Assembly (NCBI RefSeq): GCF_009914755.1
Contig: NC_060933.1
DNA from: the human T2T-CHM13v2.0 reference genome, Homo sapiens
DNA length: 64,000 bases
Reading direction: 5' to 3' (one strand)
Shown: positions 17,330 to 31,820 of the stretch, in pieces
Numbering within the stretch: position 1 is the first letter of the stretch
Layout: every line of letters begins with the position of its first letter
The notes under the pieces: model-generated
Databases searched by the model: none
Told to the model about the DNA's origin: nothing
Seen by the model: the letters and a program-made list of their open reading frames with translations, nothing else
Translations under genes and position numbers: made by a program

Positions 17330-17490
17330 TCTAATCTTGAAAATATCCAAGAATGAGGGTCTTACTAACATAGAGGGTCATTCTATATTATGGTGTGTCT
17401 AATTGGTAGTAATTTTTTCTTTCTTTTGAGCTGAAATTTACTCCAATTTTCAACCCAAAGTCCTAATTTCATCTTTTGGGACTATGCATG
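17330..17490 (-). mobile_element. L3/CR1 3' fragment
   Basis: CTAATTGGTAGTAATTTTTTC...GAGCTGAAATT...GTCCTAATTTC resembles the antisense L3 3' end. Confidence 0.45.
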
Positions 17491-20400
17491 TCTTCTACAT
17501 CAACATTTTTCATTAATGGGCCATTAAATCAATTTTGGAATTACATCTAGCATAATATTGAATGAAATTAGAAGAGGCCAAGATAGGATAGAAGAGGAAA
17601 GAATTGAATCAAATCTAATTGAATTGAATATTCAGAGTAGAAAACATCAGCATTTAGAGCTTGTAATAGTAACTCGTATTATAATTTCAGTTATTTATGT
17701 AAATGTGCGCTAGATTGTGTTATAAAAATATCTTTCTTACTTTTGGTTGCCATTGGAAATTTTGGAAAACACCAATTCCTTCAGATCTTTGAAGACTGTT
17801 GTGGAACTCCATGGGTTCTGTTCTCCAGATTCAGTATCCCAGTGCTCATGAAAATGCCTCATTTCGTTTGACTTTGTTTCCAGTCCCTTCCCTACTCTGG
17901 TCTCTCTTCTCAGACTGTGCTATCTTGAACTTTCCTCTTGAAGTAGAATCGCAGAATCTCCAAGCCAGGACAGGACTGGGAGAAAAGGGGACAATACCAC
18001 ACCTGGGGGCAAGGAGATAGGCAGCAGTTTTCCTTGCTTCCATGTTTGCCAAGTTTTCCAGTGTCTTCAGCAGTGGCATTCCAAGACCCTATTGCCAGAA
18101 AGCTTTCAGGAAAGTATTTGTAGGAAACTCAGATCAAAAAAATGCATATTGAACATCTACTCTACCAGGTCCCAGGCTAGTGCCAAGAGACAGAGAGATA
18201 AGACCCACCTTGTGCAGTCCAGGCCTACTCACCCTCATTATCTCATTGAATGTGTGAGCTATGTAGAATCATTTTCATATCATTTTATAGTAAGAGAACC
18301 AAGGATCAGAGAGGCATATAAGAAACTTCTTGATATATAGAATTTGTCATAAAACTTGCAATAAATGGTCAGCAGACCACTCATAATGTGATGTGGGTGA
18401 CAATGGCAGTAGCTCTTAACTCCATTAGCACTTCATTGTTTTCAAGACACCCCTTATCCCTTATCCCAAGCATCTAGTGATTGTGTAGAACAGATAACAG
18501 CATTCTCATCTTCCAGGTAAGAAAACGGGCCCAGGAAGATTAAGCTACTGGTCCAAAGTCACACATCTAGCGATCTAGAGGATACTGTAGCTAGGATTTG
18601 AACTTGGGTTCCAACTCTAAATTCAATGCCATTCTCATGCCCCCAGCCCCCTACCCCTCAATGCCTAACACTGACAGTTTTCCCCAGAACTACTAAAGCA
18701 AACGGCTTTTTCTATTCCCTGGTCCATAAATTAAGAAAGAGGTCCTGGGGTGTTAATGTTCATTCCAATTAGCCTATTATGGCCAAGATGGCATTAGCCC
18801 TTGTGACTCTAAGATAAAAGGGATTTTTCCCACAAATGGCCGACAAGTTTGGGCCAAGTTGTAAACATTATTTCCATCCATCTTGGACTGCAGCAGAGTC
18901 TGTGGTCAGCGTGCCAGGGAATATATGAGAAAATCAGGCAGCCTTAATCTCTGCAGCATGTGGAAGGAAATAAAGACCACCTTGACTGATGGTTGACTTG
19001 ATATGTCTGAAGGGGATTAAGTCTGGCTGTGACAGAAATGGCTGGGGAGTCACAGTGAAGAGAACTCGATGAGGTATGGCCTTCCAAGTTTAAACTTCTA
19101 ATCTCAAAGGACCAGAGTGACTTCATAAGGAATTCAAGAAGAACGCAATTCACTCAACATATAATAGGATCCTGAAATCCTAAGAATGTTTTCCTGAGGC
19201 CAGAAAAAGGAAAGAAGTGTAGTGATGCCCGCTGTGGGAGGACTGGAGTCACAGGCAGGCTGTGCAGTGCTACTATGATAACTCAGCGCCAAAAAGGTGT
19301 TACAGGATTGATGACATTTGCAGGTATTGACACCTATCCAAATTCATCCTCTAAACGGAGAGCTTAATGGATAGAAAGCAAACGGCTAAACATATCTAAG
19401 CATTCACCCAAACTAGCAGACTGGCAAAGTCAAGCCCAGAAATAAATGGAGTTTAATCTCTGGAGTTTAACCTTCATACTGTCACTAGATTTTTTACGTG
19501 ATTCTCTCCCACCTCCCCAAATGTTTTGCTTCCTCTGGAGCTTTGTCTTTTGATAATAAGCTCTGTTTGCATTTGCAAAATATACAAAGTGAACTTCCAG
19601 ATGGACCTCTCAAAGTGCAATCTAAACATGAAGGAAACAAGAAATCCAAAAGTCAAAGGCGAGTGGGAGGTTTTCTTCTCCCCCAAATCTCTGGGGAGTC
19701 CAATTCATTCAACATGCTCACATTCTGGTTTCATTTCCATTTTCTATAATAAGAGATGAAGATGTAATATGTCAATGTTGATGTATCAGAGAGATGATGA
19801 ATTCCAGGCTAAAACACGGCGACATCTGCTTGGAAACGAGATGGAAGAAATTAAGATGCTTACCATGATTATTTTCTTCCAGAGCAAATTTATAGTATCT
19901 TTGGTCTCAAGGGCAGAAATTCCAGACAGATTAGCTTTTCATCTCCTAGGTAACTCTCTGAACTGCATAGGTATAGAAATTCATTGCTTTAACACTGGGT
20001 GTCCTTATTAGGGAAATATCTTAAATTCTATGCCAACAAAGGAACTCATTGACTACTAAGCAATAGTCATGAAAATATTTATGACATGGATTACAAACAG
20101 GTGCTCCAAGTAGAACAAAAGCTGGGATTATTCACTGCTTGGACTAACTGAAAAAACATTATTTACATTAGCATAGCACATTTTATGCTTTTAGTAAATA
20201 TTATTTTTCTGATTATGTGTCCTCATATTCTAGAAATGGCAACTTTGCTTACGTACCAGAGGGACTTGGAAACATGAATAGAGTTATATAAATAATAGGT
20301 GCTAGAGCATTGCCTGTACTACCCATTTATAAAATATTCAACAAAATCGTATTCAGTCCCTATTACATGCCTGTATTTGGATCTGCAGATGCAAAGATAA

Positions 20401-21769
20401 GTACAACATGACTCCGGTCTAGTTCAAAATTTGCTCAATTGGTTCCTATAAACTTTTTAAAGGAAGTTGTGTGAGCATTCTCATGTTCATTTCACAGATG
20501 ACGAAGCTGAGGCTGGACAAGATCACACACCAGGAAGTACCAGAGTTAAGAGTGACACTCCAATGTCATTCTTCAGGCCCAGGGCTCTGTCCATTCCTTC
20601 ATAGGCTGCTATGATTGAGAGGAGAGCCTGAGGGTATTTGGGTGACCCAAGGGCAATGGCTCACAGTGTCTAAGGGACATCAGAACTGGCCTTTTATCCA
20701 GTCCTAACATCTCATTGCTTGTCATTTTCATTTTTCATTCAAGTGTTTGGCACCAAGTAGACACAGCTGTAGTCTCAATCAAAACTAAATGATACTTTGC
20801 AGGAATTACTGAAATGCTCATTGAAAAACTATTCTCTTCCCATTGTTTTGAAATAATCCAATAAGGAAAGGGTCTTTTTTGGAATATCTTCTCTCAGAAC
20901 TTTAGCGACAGGAATTGTGAAATGTTCCCCAAATATTGCTTGGCATGAAAACCTCTTTCAGTGCAAATAAACCATTGATAAAAAAAAAAAGAATTTGTTA
21001 AGGGGGACAGGAATTGGGGTGATGCTCATAAAAAGCTGCCAGAAAAGCCTTGGATTGCAAAGGAATGCCTGGGAGGCTACACAGGTCATGTGCAGCCAAA
21101 AGGAGACAACGAGGATATTTTACAGCCATCTTAGATACTATAGATTTTATTTTTTTATTGGCAGAATCAATGTGACTATTCCATAATAATCAGGATAAGA
21201 TGAAAACAAAACAACAAAATGGAAATATTTTAGGGGTTACAAAACTTCTAGATTTGAGGATTCCCTCACCTGCTAGTTCTGTGATCTTAGGCAAGTCATG
21301 GAATGTCTCTGAACTTCCATTTCCTCATCTCCAAACTGAAGACAGCAGTTCCTACCTCATAGGATAAATATGACGATGAATTTGAAAGCACACACTAAAT
21401 TGTAAAACATTATACAAACCAAGGTTTTTCTTTCTTATTTACACAAAAAAATTCAAGTCCAAATGCAGTGTTGAGCAGCTCTCTATGCTCAAACATTATC
21501 CATCACTAGTCTAACTTTTAGCTGCCTCCAGCCTTGGTCACAGTCACCCTGCCTCTTTTCTAAGAATGAGCATCCGGGGAGCGCCTCCTGTGGGTGCTCT
21601 TTAAAGCTTCAGTTCTGTGATCACAGACAGGGAGTTCTTGCTGCATCCTTTGGGAAATCAAGGCCTCTGATTCGTCTTCCCAGCACTCTGACCCTCAAAA
21701 GGACCCCAGTGACTGCACTGAGATGACTGAGAGCCATCTGGGGATGGACTCAGCATTTCTAACCCCTCC

Positions 21770-22610
21770 AGCCTATTCCTTCAGCAGTTCTTCTCATCCC
21801 AATAAATAGCAACTCCATTCATCAAGGTTCTCAGATCAAAAAGTGGCACTCATCGTTGACTCTTACGTTCCATTCCCCCGATATCTATATCCAATCTATC
21901 CCACAAGGACTATCACTTTCATTTTCAAAATATATCCTGAACACAGCCACTTCTTATCTCCACCAATACCACCTTCCCCCAACCCACAAACATCCCCTGT
22001 CTGGAACACTGCAAAAGGGTCTTCACCAGTCTTCCTTTTTCTACCTTCACCAGCTGATTGTCTATTCTTCCTATGGCAACCAGAGTGATCATTTAAATAC
22101 ATTAATCAGATCAATCACAAAGACCCCCCATGTTTTCCTGTCTCATTCAAAATAAACTCCAAAGACATTATCATGATCTGTGAGACCCCTGCAGATCTGG
22201 CTTACCCTGACCCCTCAACCTCACTTTCTTCTGTCTCCTTGTTTGACCTCACTTTAGCCCCTTCTGTTCTCTAATCCAACAACCACTCTCTTGGTTCAGG
22301 AAATTGGTGCTTGTCATTCCACTTGCACAGGACAGTTTTAGCGCAGACATTCAATGCTTTTCTTCATTACTTAATCCATGATTCTGCTCAAACATTACTT
22401 CCCCAGAAAGGCCTTTTCTGATCTCCTTGGCTGCTTTTTTTTTTCATAACACTATATTATATTAAATTTTTGTATTATATATTATATTAATTACATTCTT
22501 GTTTATTGTCTGTCTCCCCATGGGAATATACGCCCCATGAGGGCAGGCATTTAGTTTATTTATCTCCTTATCTCCAGCATTTAGATTAATGTCTGGTACA
22601 TTTTAGATGC
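21770..22610 (+). mobile_element. L2 (L2a-like) 3' portion
   Basis: Typical L2 3' motifs through TTTATTGTCTGTCTCCC...CCATGAGGGCAGG...GTCTGGTACA. Confidence 0.8.
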
Positions 22611-22999
22611 TTTAAGAGGCTCTGTGAAGCATCCTTGACCCCATAAGGAGACCCAAGCTGTCTTTCAGTTGGATCATTGGTATAATCAAGGGTTTAGAGA
22701 TGTATCATGTATCAACCAAAACGTGGTTGTCCTGAGAGATGGACTACCAAGAATTACTAAAAAGTACAATGTTTCCGGCAGAATCTGGCACAGCCATGGG
22801 GCCTGACAGAAACCTCCTCAGAGCCAGAGGGACTCTGAACTCAAGCCTAGTTCTCTTGGATCTGATTTCACCAAGGTGTTCCCCGATCTAATACCATCTC
22901 CCAGTTGGCATAAGCCCAAGAAGGGAGGCCTTGCCCTAATTCAATGAAGGAGAAGCCTCCACTTCCATGTCTTATATTGCTGGCATAGTTTAAATCCAT

Positions 23000-23170
23000 C
23001 ATTTACTGAGGGCCTACTCCATGCCAGGGTTTGGGCTAAACACTGTGCATGCTTTATATCATTTATATTATTTAAGAAATAAAATATTATTTCTATTTTA
23101 TAGGTAAGAGAACTGAAGCTCACAGAAGTTAAGTATATGACCAAAGTTATACAGATGGAAAATGGAAAAA
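23000..23170 (-). mobile_element. MIR
   Basis: ATTTTATAGGTAAGAGAACTGAAGCTCACAGAAGTTAAG. Confidence 0.7.
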
Positions 23171-24419
23171 TTGACATTTGAATTATACTCTAAACAGTGC
23201 TACTTCCTAATGTGTTTGAGCTGAGTAGATTGCTCCTGCACTATCCCCCAGAGGTAGGTGACTAGGGCTTCTGAGCTAGTTCTTGCAGTATAAACAGATA
23301 CTGAATAATTTCTGTAAACTGATAAGCAGGGACATTGAGCTTGGACCACACTGACTGGTGTAGGGACCACCGGTGGCTGCAGCCTCTGACACTCAGGAGG
23401 CTGTGAGAGATGTGACCTCCTCTCAGGGACTGGGAGGGTGCTCAGCTGTGGTTTGATCCCAAAAGGAGACTCTGGCCATTTGGACTAGACTGAGCTGGAA
23501 TCATGGGACTCACCCACCCACAGAAAAGGTGAACTTTAGCTTGATTAACGATTGTGAAACTCTTTAAGTTTCAGTTCCTAGGGACTGCCTTTTGTTCTAA
23601 GCCAATTCTCTTGAAATCTCTAAGCTATGAAACCTGGTCACCAGGAAAGTATTTGTAAATATCCTCCAAGCAGGGCTGTCCTCTGGGCTGGGGACAATGT
23701 CCTGGCCCCAAAGTCATACCAGGTCCTTGCTCTGAAGTTGGCAGAGGAGATGGGCAAGTGTTTGTTCCATACATCTAAAGAGATTGTTTCCAAGCAGGTA
23801 CCACTGAGCCCTGATAAAGGCACTTAGCACCTCTCTTGGGAGAGGCTGGGTACTATCCCTTTTGCAGCTTCCAAATCCCAGTGCACTCTGAAGTAAAAAG
23901 TTTCTTTACCCAGGATGCGAGAAGCTAAAATCCCTACTAATCAAGACATTCAGACTTCATACAAATATCAGTTCTTGTGATCCCCAAAACTCTTTCACTA
24001 CGCATTTCACAGGCATCACCAATAACCAAAGTTATTCTTCTCTCCAGAGCATGCTGAGAGAGAAAGCTCTTTTACTGAAGATAGTTTCTTTGACATTCAC
24101 ACTCCAACAAGGATAGTCTCTTCTGGGCCTAATTTGACTTCTTTATGTGCCAAGAGGAAACTTTCTCTCTGAAGGGCAGGCACACAGATATCTGAAGAGG
24201 TCTTTAGGAGGCACTTTATAATTTCCTTGAATTTGCTAGAATGTTTGGAGAATAATGTGTATTGATTAGCTGTCTCTTTTGAAATGCTTAAAGTTCTCCT
24301 ACCCTTTGATTTTTTAAGAGGAATTAACAGTGAATAAGCAAAAAAAAAAAAAAAAAAAGAAGAAGAAGAATATACCAACTCACTCACTCATGTTTTCTAA
24401 CTAAAAGGAGTGTGGCCTA

Positions 24420-24875
<456 letters not shown>

Positions 24876-25914
24876 TCATAAGCTGACTCTGACACTAAGA
24901 AAGACAGTATGACTAGACAGTGACCCCAGGAGTCTAGGGCTGAGATCGGGAACACATGACGCTGAGCTGCCCAGCAGGAAGGGAAGTAGAGCTCTAATGA
25001 TACCACAGCTGTGCCATTTAACACACACTACTAGCTGTGACACTCCTAGGCCAATTCTAGTAGATAATTCTGCTTCCAACAAATAACCTGAAACAAAAAT
25101 AATAATAAAAAAATTAAACCTATGCTCAATGATGTGATAGCAACATTAGCACATCCAAATTTTTTTTTAACTACAGGGTCCTATATTCTGGGCCTCTCAA
25201 CCTTTTTCCTTGCAGCCCCAGGCCTTACCTGGTCATCCCAGGACACTGACATTTTGGATACTGAGGACCCATCGATATGCCATGGCTGGGAAGCTTTGCT
25301 AGTGGAAAGAACACTGGATTTAGAAACAGAAGACCTGAGCTCCATTTCTGATTGCTGTTACTAGCTGTGTAACTTTGCACAAATCACTTAAATTTTTGGG
25401 TCCTGTTGTTGCATCTATGAAATGCAAATTCTAAAAAATTCAAAGGACTAATCTTATGAAGAAGGCAGTATCATCCGCCATGCTACAGGTGAGAAAACTG
25501 TGGCCATGGAATTAATAAGGAAAAAAACACCAAGACAATGTAAGAGTCCACAGATTACGCTGCTAGTGTCTCTACACCATGATTTCTTGAGATAGTCTCA
25601 AGTGAGGAGGAAAAGGAGTACTCCAGAGCTTCTCAGAGCTGTGAGAAGCCCAGGCAGGGGTGTGAGTAGAGAGGGAAGAGAATGGCAATGGAGTACTGCT
25701 TAGCTATTTAACTCACTCACTCTAAATAGCTTAGCTACTTAGCCCACTCACTCTCACATCCTTCGGATTCACCCTAATAGCATCTAATGGGACAGAAGGC
25801 AGGTTCCTAAATCCCTGAGGGCTTCTGCAAGTGGGCATGCTTCATGAGCAGAACAAAAGGCTTGGTGTCCATTCAAGGGCGCCTTTGCTTTTCCATTAAA
25901 TTCCTTTGACATTC

Positions 25915-25956
25915 GATGCACTGTGCGTTAATTAATTAATTAACGCACAGTGCATC
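25915..25956. repeat. Perfect 42-bp palindrome, no spacer
   Basis: GATGCACTGTGCGTTAATTAA|TTAATTAACGCACAGTGCATC. Confidence 0.97.
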
Positions 25957-26831
25957 AAAAGTTTCACATTAAACTTCCTCCGTTCAGCTCAGTTTTGAGG
26001 CCAAGGAGGCAAAAAATAACAGCTCCTGAAACCATTTTCTTTTTTTCAAGGTGCTTTTTGAGGAAGTTCACTTCACAACAAAGGAAGTAAAACAGAACCT
26101 TTGTCATGATCTTCTTTCCAGCTTTCCTGTAACCTTTGGGTCCAACCTCAGTGCCAGCCCTGCCCCCACCCCCACTCCTCTGACAGGTCTCTGTGACTGC
26201 CTCACCTCCTCTGGGAAGCCTTCCCTGACTACCACCACAGTGTCAGTGAGCTTCTCCACTCTTTCCATCCAAAGCACTGCAGCCTTTCCTCTGCAACACA
26301 TCACATGCTTGTGCATGCTTTGGCTTCGTACTTATTGACTAAGTGCCTGCCTTCCCATGAGATTCTGAGCTTCATGAACACAGTGGCTGTATCTGTTTGG
26401 TTCACTGCTGAGCTCACAGAGCCTAGGTCAGTGCCTGGCATATGTGTTGGTCAAATCCCCCTGTTTGTTAGTTTTTCCTTCCTCTCCCCAACATCTGAGT
26501 CATCAACACCAAGAGCTGTTCACAGAACACCCACAGTGTGTGGCATTGCATTGGGTGACACAGAGCCCAGGAACACATCTTCAGTTCTAGAGTGAGCCAG
26601 TGCTAAGCCCAGAGGCAGCCATGGTGGCATGATGGAAAAAAACAGCACATTTGTGATGAGGAAACTGCAGCAGGGCATTCTGCTTTGAATCTCAGTTTCC
26701 CCATCTGTAAAATAGGAATACAAACACTTATCATGCCTATCTCGTGAAGCTATTCTGAAGATCACATAGAAAGATGAAAGAAGTTTATAAACTGTGAAAC
26801 CCTGTACCACAAATGACAACTTTCATTGTTG

Positions 26832-27262
<431 letters not shown>

Positions 27263-27529
27263 ACTGAATGTACAATTTTTATAAGCAGGATAAAAGGCAG
27301 GCAATTTTTCTTAAGCCCTCTTTTCTTAAGCAGTCCTTAGCCCTCCCTCTTCTCCAAGCCCCTTCACAGGCCTGTGGTCTTAGAGCTCTCATGGCCTGAT
27401 GCCTTGTTTCATGCATGCAGAAACTGCGAGCCAGATGGGGAAAGGACCTGCTTAAAATCCCACAGAACTGGGACTAGAACCTGGGTATCTGGTATTCTTT
27501 CCTCCAATCCACCTCCCACAGCAAAAGAG

Positions 27530-27762
27530 TGATGCCTCTACAAACCAAGGGCTGCCCAGGATTGCCAGAACACAAAGGTTAGGAAGAGACAAAAAAGAAT
27601 TCTTCCCTAGAGACAGAAAAGAATTCTTCCCTAGAGCCTCTGGAGGGAGTGTGGGTCGCAGACACCTTGATTTTAGGTATCAGGCCTACAGAAATGTGAA
27701 AAAATACATTTCTGTCATCTTAAGGCACCCTAATTTGTTACAGCAGCCCTAGAAAACAAATA
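27530..27762 (+). mobile_element. MLT1C/D-type MaLR LTR 3' part with 24-bp internal tandem duplication
   Basis: AGAGACA(A/G)AAAAGAATTCTTCCCT twice; ends TTTGTTACAGCAGCCCTAGAAAACAAATA. Confidence 0.75.
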
Positions 27763-28494
27763 GAGGAAGTATTAAAATTCCCATAAGATAGTTATAATTG
27801 AAAAGTGTCCTGGCATCTTTAATCTTTATAACAACAACATGAGGAGGGTATGAAATCTTGTGATCAGCCCCTTTTTATGGTGAGGCAACCGAGGCCAGAG
27901 ATATAAGGCAAAATGCCAAGATCACAAGAGAGTAAGCATGGGGGCTGATACTCAGATCTGTATCCATCCTAAGCCAGTTCCAGACAGATGCTCCTAAGGA
28001 CCATAACCCACTTCCAGTATTCATCCTTCACTGCCTCCTGGAGACACACAGTGTAGAGTTGGGTCTCTTTGCTGTCAAGAAAGCATCAGAGCAGTGCAGA
28101 CCTGACAAAACCACAAGCCCTTAGGCACATCTAGACCTCAGCCAGGCCTACTCCTGGGTTTTAAGTCAAGCCTTCTCAGATCTAACTTCCTAACTGACTC
28201 GTGGGGACTCAAAGATAATCCAGAAATCTCATAGATTTTTGGTAAATTGGATAAATTGTCTTGATCTATTAAGATAAAATTGGACTACATTTGAAAAGGT
28301 GAAGTGCAGTCAGCTTGTTATTGACTTTGAATGTGAAAACACTTCGATTTAAGTAATTTCTCCTAGTCATTAATTCTCCTAAAAAGAAATTTACCTAAAA
28401 GTCGTCTCCCTTAAAGTGTTTTAAAAGTTAGATGAAATTAAAATAAGAATGTTAAAATGAAATTAAGCAATTGTCTTTAAGATTTTAGCTAATT

Positions 28495-28801
<307 letters not shown>

Positions 28802-29380
28802 TTAGCTAATTGACCTAGAGCCTTGAATGTCAAGCTAAAGAGTTCTGACTGTTCTCGAAGGACATCATAAAAGGGCTGTGGGTCAGGAATGATGTGCTCT
28901 TTAGAAGGGCTAACCTGACATCCATGAGAAAGATGGATTTGAGAAGAGACGAAGAACATTCAAGGTGGCTGGGGAAGAATCGCAAGGAGAGAGCTGAGAC
29001 CAGGGCTGGGACAGGAGTCGAGTGAACAGACAAAGATGCATTGTAGATGGACAGTGGCATTTGCTCCTGGCTGGCTGGGGGGAATCAAAAAGGAAGAAGG
29101 CTTGGATTTTAACAGTCAGAAGAAAGTGAAAGGAAGAGAAGGGCAGATGTCAGCAGGAAGACAAGCCTGGACAGTGGCCACACCAGGGTATACGTGACCA
29201 TGGGAAACCCGACCACTTATATGAATACTAGTCTGCTCATTTTTGGACTTGGTTTTAGTGTCAGAAATATAAACTTCTGTCTTAAGTTGCTGATATTTTG
29301 GTTTTCTCTCCCTTGCACTCAAACATAATGAATACTATTACTGGGGCTGTCCATCTTCCTCACAAATACAACCTTCTTTG

Positions 29381-29678
29381 TTTGTTTATTTGTTTGTTTG
29401 TTTGTTGTAGAGATGGGGTCTCATACTGCCACCCAGGCAGTCTCACAGTTCACTGCAGCCTTGAATTCCTGGACCCCAGCAATCTTCCTCCCACAGACTC
29501 CCAAGTAGCTAGGACTACAGGCTCACGTGACCATACCCAGCTAATTTATTTATTTATTTTTTAAGATGAGCTCTCTTTATGTTGCCTAGGCTGGCCTTGA
29601 ACTCCTGGCCTCAAGGGATCCTCCCATCTTGGCATCCTGAGCAGTTGAGGTTACAGCTGGGAGCTACCACAACCAGCT
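29381..29678 (-). mobile_element. AluJ with (TTTG)n tail
   Basis: Diverged antisense Alu; TSD TACAA(C/T)CTTCTTTG at 29367-29380 and 29679-29692. Confidence 0.9.
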
Positions 29679-30504
29679 TACAATCTTCTTTGAAGAAATA
29701 ACTACTTCATCTCCCAGAATATTCCACAGTTCTGAAAGACACCTCTTCTCTGGTTCCCATATTCAATCTGTCTCCAACACTTACAGTTTCTCCCTTAAAG
29801 ATAAGTCTAGTGCCTTTGATGATGCTCTTGCCTGGGCGACCACTCACTCAGTGTGGCATCTCTCCTCTATTCCCATCAACACAAACACTTCTTAGAGCCT
29901 GATGTGCACTCCCCTGCTGGAGAACCCTGAAACCTGCCCCAGTGATTCTCAATGCCCCACCTGACTTCCAAGTCTATCCCATACCTGCTTGGACTGATCT
30001 GATATTTTCCCCCACCTTTTTCCAACATAAATTTGAGTTCTAATCAGGCCAGTATTTGTTCCAAAATAGCATGCCCATTCCCAGCTCCATAATTCACCCC
30101 ATATATTCTTTCTATATGGAATATCTTCTCACCCTCCACTTGGCTATCCTGCATTTTCAGCCATCTCTATCTTTCAAGGACTTGAGCCAATAGATAGCAG
30201 CAGATATGAGTTGAGCCAAGACAAAAATCTAGCAAGCCTGTAAGCAAGCTCCCAGCTAGACTGTAAGCAACTTGAAAGCAGAGATCCTGTCGAATGCCTC
30301 CTCAGCATCAACCCACTCCCACAGTTCTAAGAAGAGTGATCAGTACTGAATCTTAAGAGATTCTTCGGATGAGAGTAGAAAAATGATGTAAAATCATTGA
30401 AAAATTCACAAATAACTAAAACTGTGTGATAAAATAGATCCCCACACATAAATACAAATGGATTCAAAAATTAAAATAGAAAACCACACTCATTAGGATA
30501 GCTA

Positions 30505-30505
<1 letters not shown>

Positions 30506-30544
<39 letters not shown>

Positions 30545-30577
30545 AGAGAGACAGAGAGAGAGAGGGAAAGAGAGAGA
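30506..30577. repeat. Compound (CA)n(GA)n microsatellite
   Basis: About 17 CA units followed by a GA-rich tract. Confidence 0.95.
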
Positions 30578-30916
30578 AAGAAACAATAACAAGCATTGGT
30601 GAAAATGTGGAGAAAGTGGAATCCTTGTGCACTGTTGATGGGAATGTAAAATTGTGCAGCCAGTGTGGGAAACAGTATGGAAGTTCCTCAAAATACTAAA
30701 AATATAATTACTGTATGATCCAGAAATTCCACTTCCGTGTATATGCCCAAAAGAAATGAAAGCAGGATCTCAACAAGATATTTGTACACCTATGTTCATA
30801 GCAACATCATTTGCTATAGTCAAGAGTTGAAAGCAACCTGATCGTCCATTGAGGGGTGAATGGATAAAGAAAACATTGTATATACATACAATGGAATATT
30901 ATTCAGCCTTAAAAAG

Positions 30917-31255
30917 TGCTATGGTTTGAATGTTTGTCCCCTCCAAAACTCACGTTGAGATTTAATCACCATCATACACCATATTAAGAGGTGGGACCTG
31001 TAAGAGGTAGTTGGACCATGAGGTCCCACTCTAATATGTGGGATTGGTGCTCTTATAAAAGGACAAATTCAGCTCCCTCTTGCCCTCTCTTGTCTTTCAG
31101 CCTTTTGTAATGGGATGACACAGCAAGAAGGCCTAGCCAAATGCTGGCCTCTCAGTCTTGGGTTTCCTGGCCTCCAGAACTGTAATACAATAAATTTGTG
31201 TTCATTATTATTACCTCACCTCTGGTATTCTATTATAGTTGCAAACACAAAGACA
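30917..31255 (+). mobile_element. MST-class MaLR solo LTR
   Basis: TGCTATGGTTTGAATG...AAGACA; 5-bp TSD AAAAG at 30912-30916 and 31256-31260. Confidence 0.9.
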
Positions 31256-31639
31256 AAAAGGAAGGAAATTCTGACACATGCTACAACATGGACAAATCTG
31301 AGGACATTATGCTAAATGAAGTAAGCCAGTCACAAAAAGATAAATACCATACAATTCTGCTTATGAAGTACCTAGAATAAGCAAATTCATAAGGTCAAAA
31401 TAGAAAGGTGGTCGTCAGGGGCTGAAGAAGGGAGGGGGCAGAGGGAGCTGCTTAATGGGTACCAGAATTTCAGTTTTGCAAAATGAAAATAATTCTGGAG
31501 ATTAGTTATACAACAATGTGAGTGTACTTAATATTATTGAACTGTATACTTGAAAATGATTATGGTAGTAAATTTTATGTGTATTTTACCACAATTCTAA
31601 ATAAAAACATTTTTCATAAAATTAGACTCTATAAGGATT

Positions 31640-31780
31640 TGGTTTTCAACTCTGGCAGCACATTTCAATAACCTGGGGAATTTTGAAAATAAAACATTGA
31701 TTCTCCCTCCCCCTCCCCCAGAAATATTTATCTAATTGGTTTGAATGATTCTAATACATAGCCAGGGGAATCACTGGTGT
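31640..31780. mobile_element. MER5-type hAT MITE
   Basis: TGGTTTTCAACTCTGGCAGCACATT...ACCTGGGGAA...TGATTCTAAT...CAGGGGAATCACTG. Confidence 0.6.
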
Positions 31781-31820
31781 AGGAATTAGAAAAAATGTCA
31801 GTAATTCACATATATTTTAT

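Larger units (their letters stand above)
30483..31607 (+). mobile_element. L1MB-type 3' region interrupted by a microsatellite and an MST LTR
   Basis: L1 ORF2 end/3'UTR motifs continue across both interruptions (GCCTTAAAAAG|GAAGGAAATTCTGACACATGC). Confidence 0.85.

Noticed and set aside
24339-24372. Orphan poly-A plus (GAA)n as a retroinsertion
   Set aside because: No TSD or element body visible; simple repeat
25229-25298. Minus-strand candidate exon (TTCTTTCCACTAG|...CAG|GTAAGG)
   Set aside because: The acceptor is MIR-derived, the ATG frame closes inside the exon, and nothing links it to a promoter
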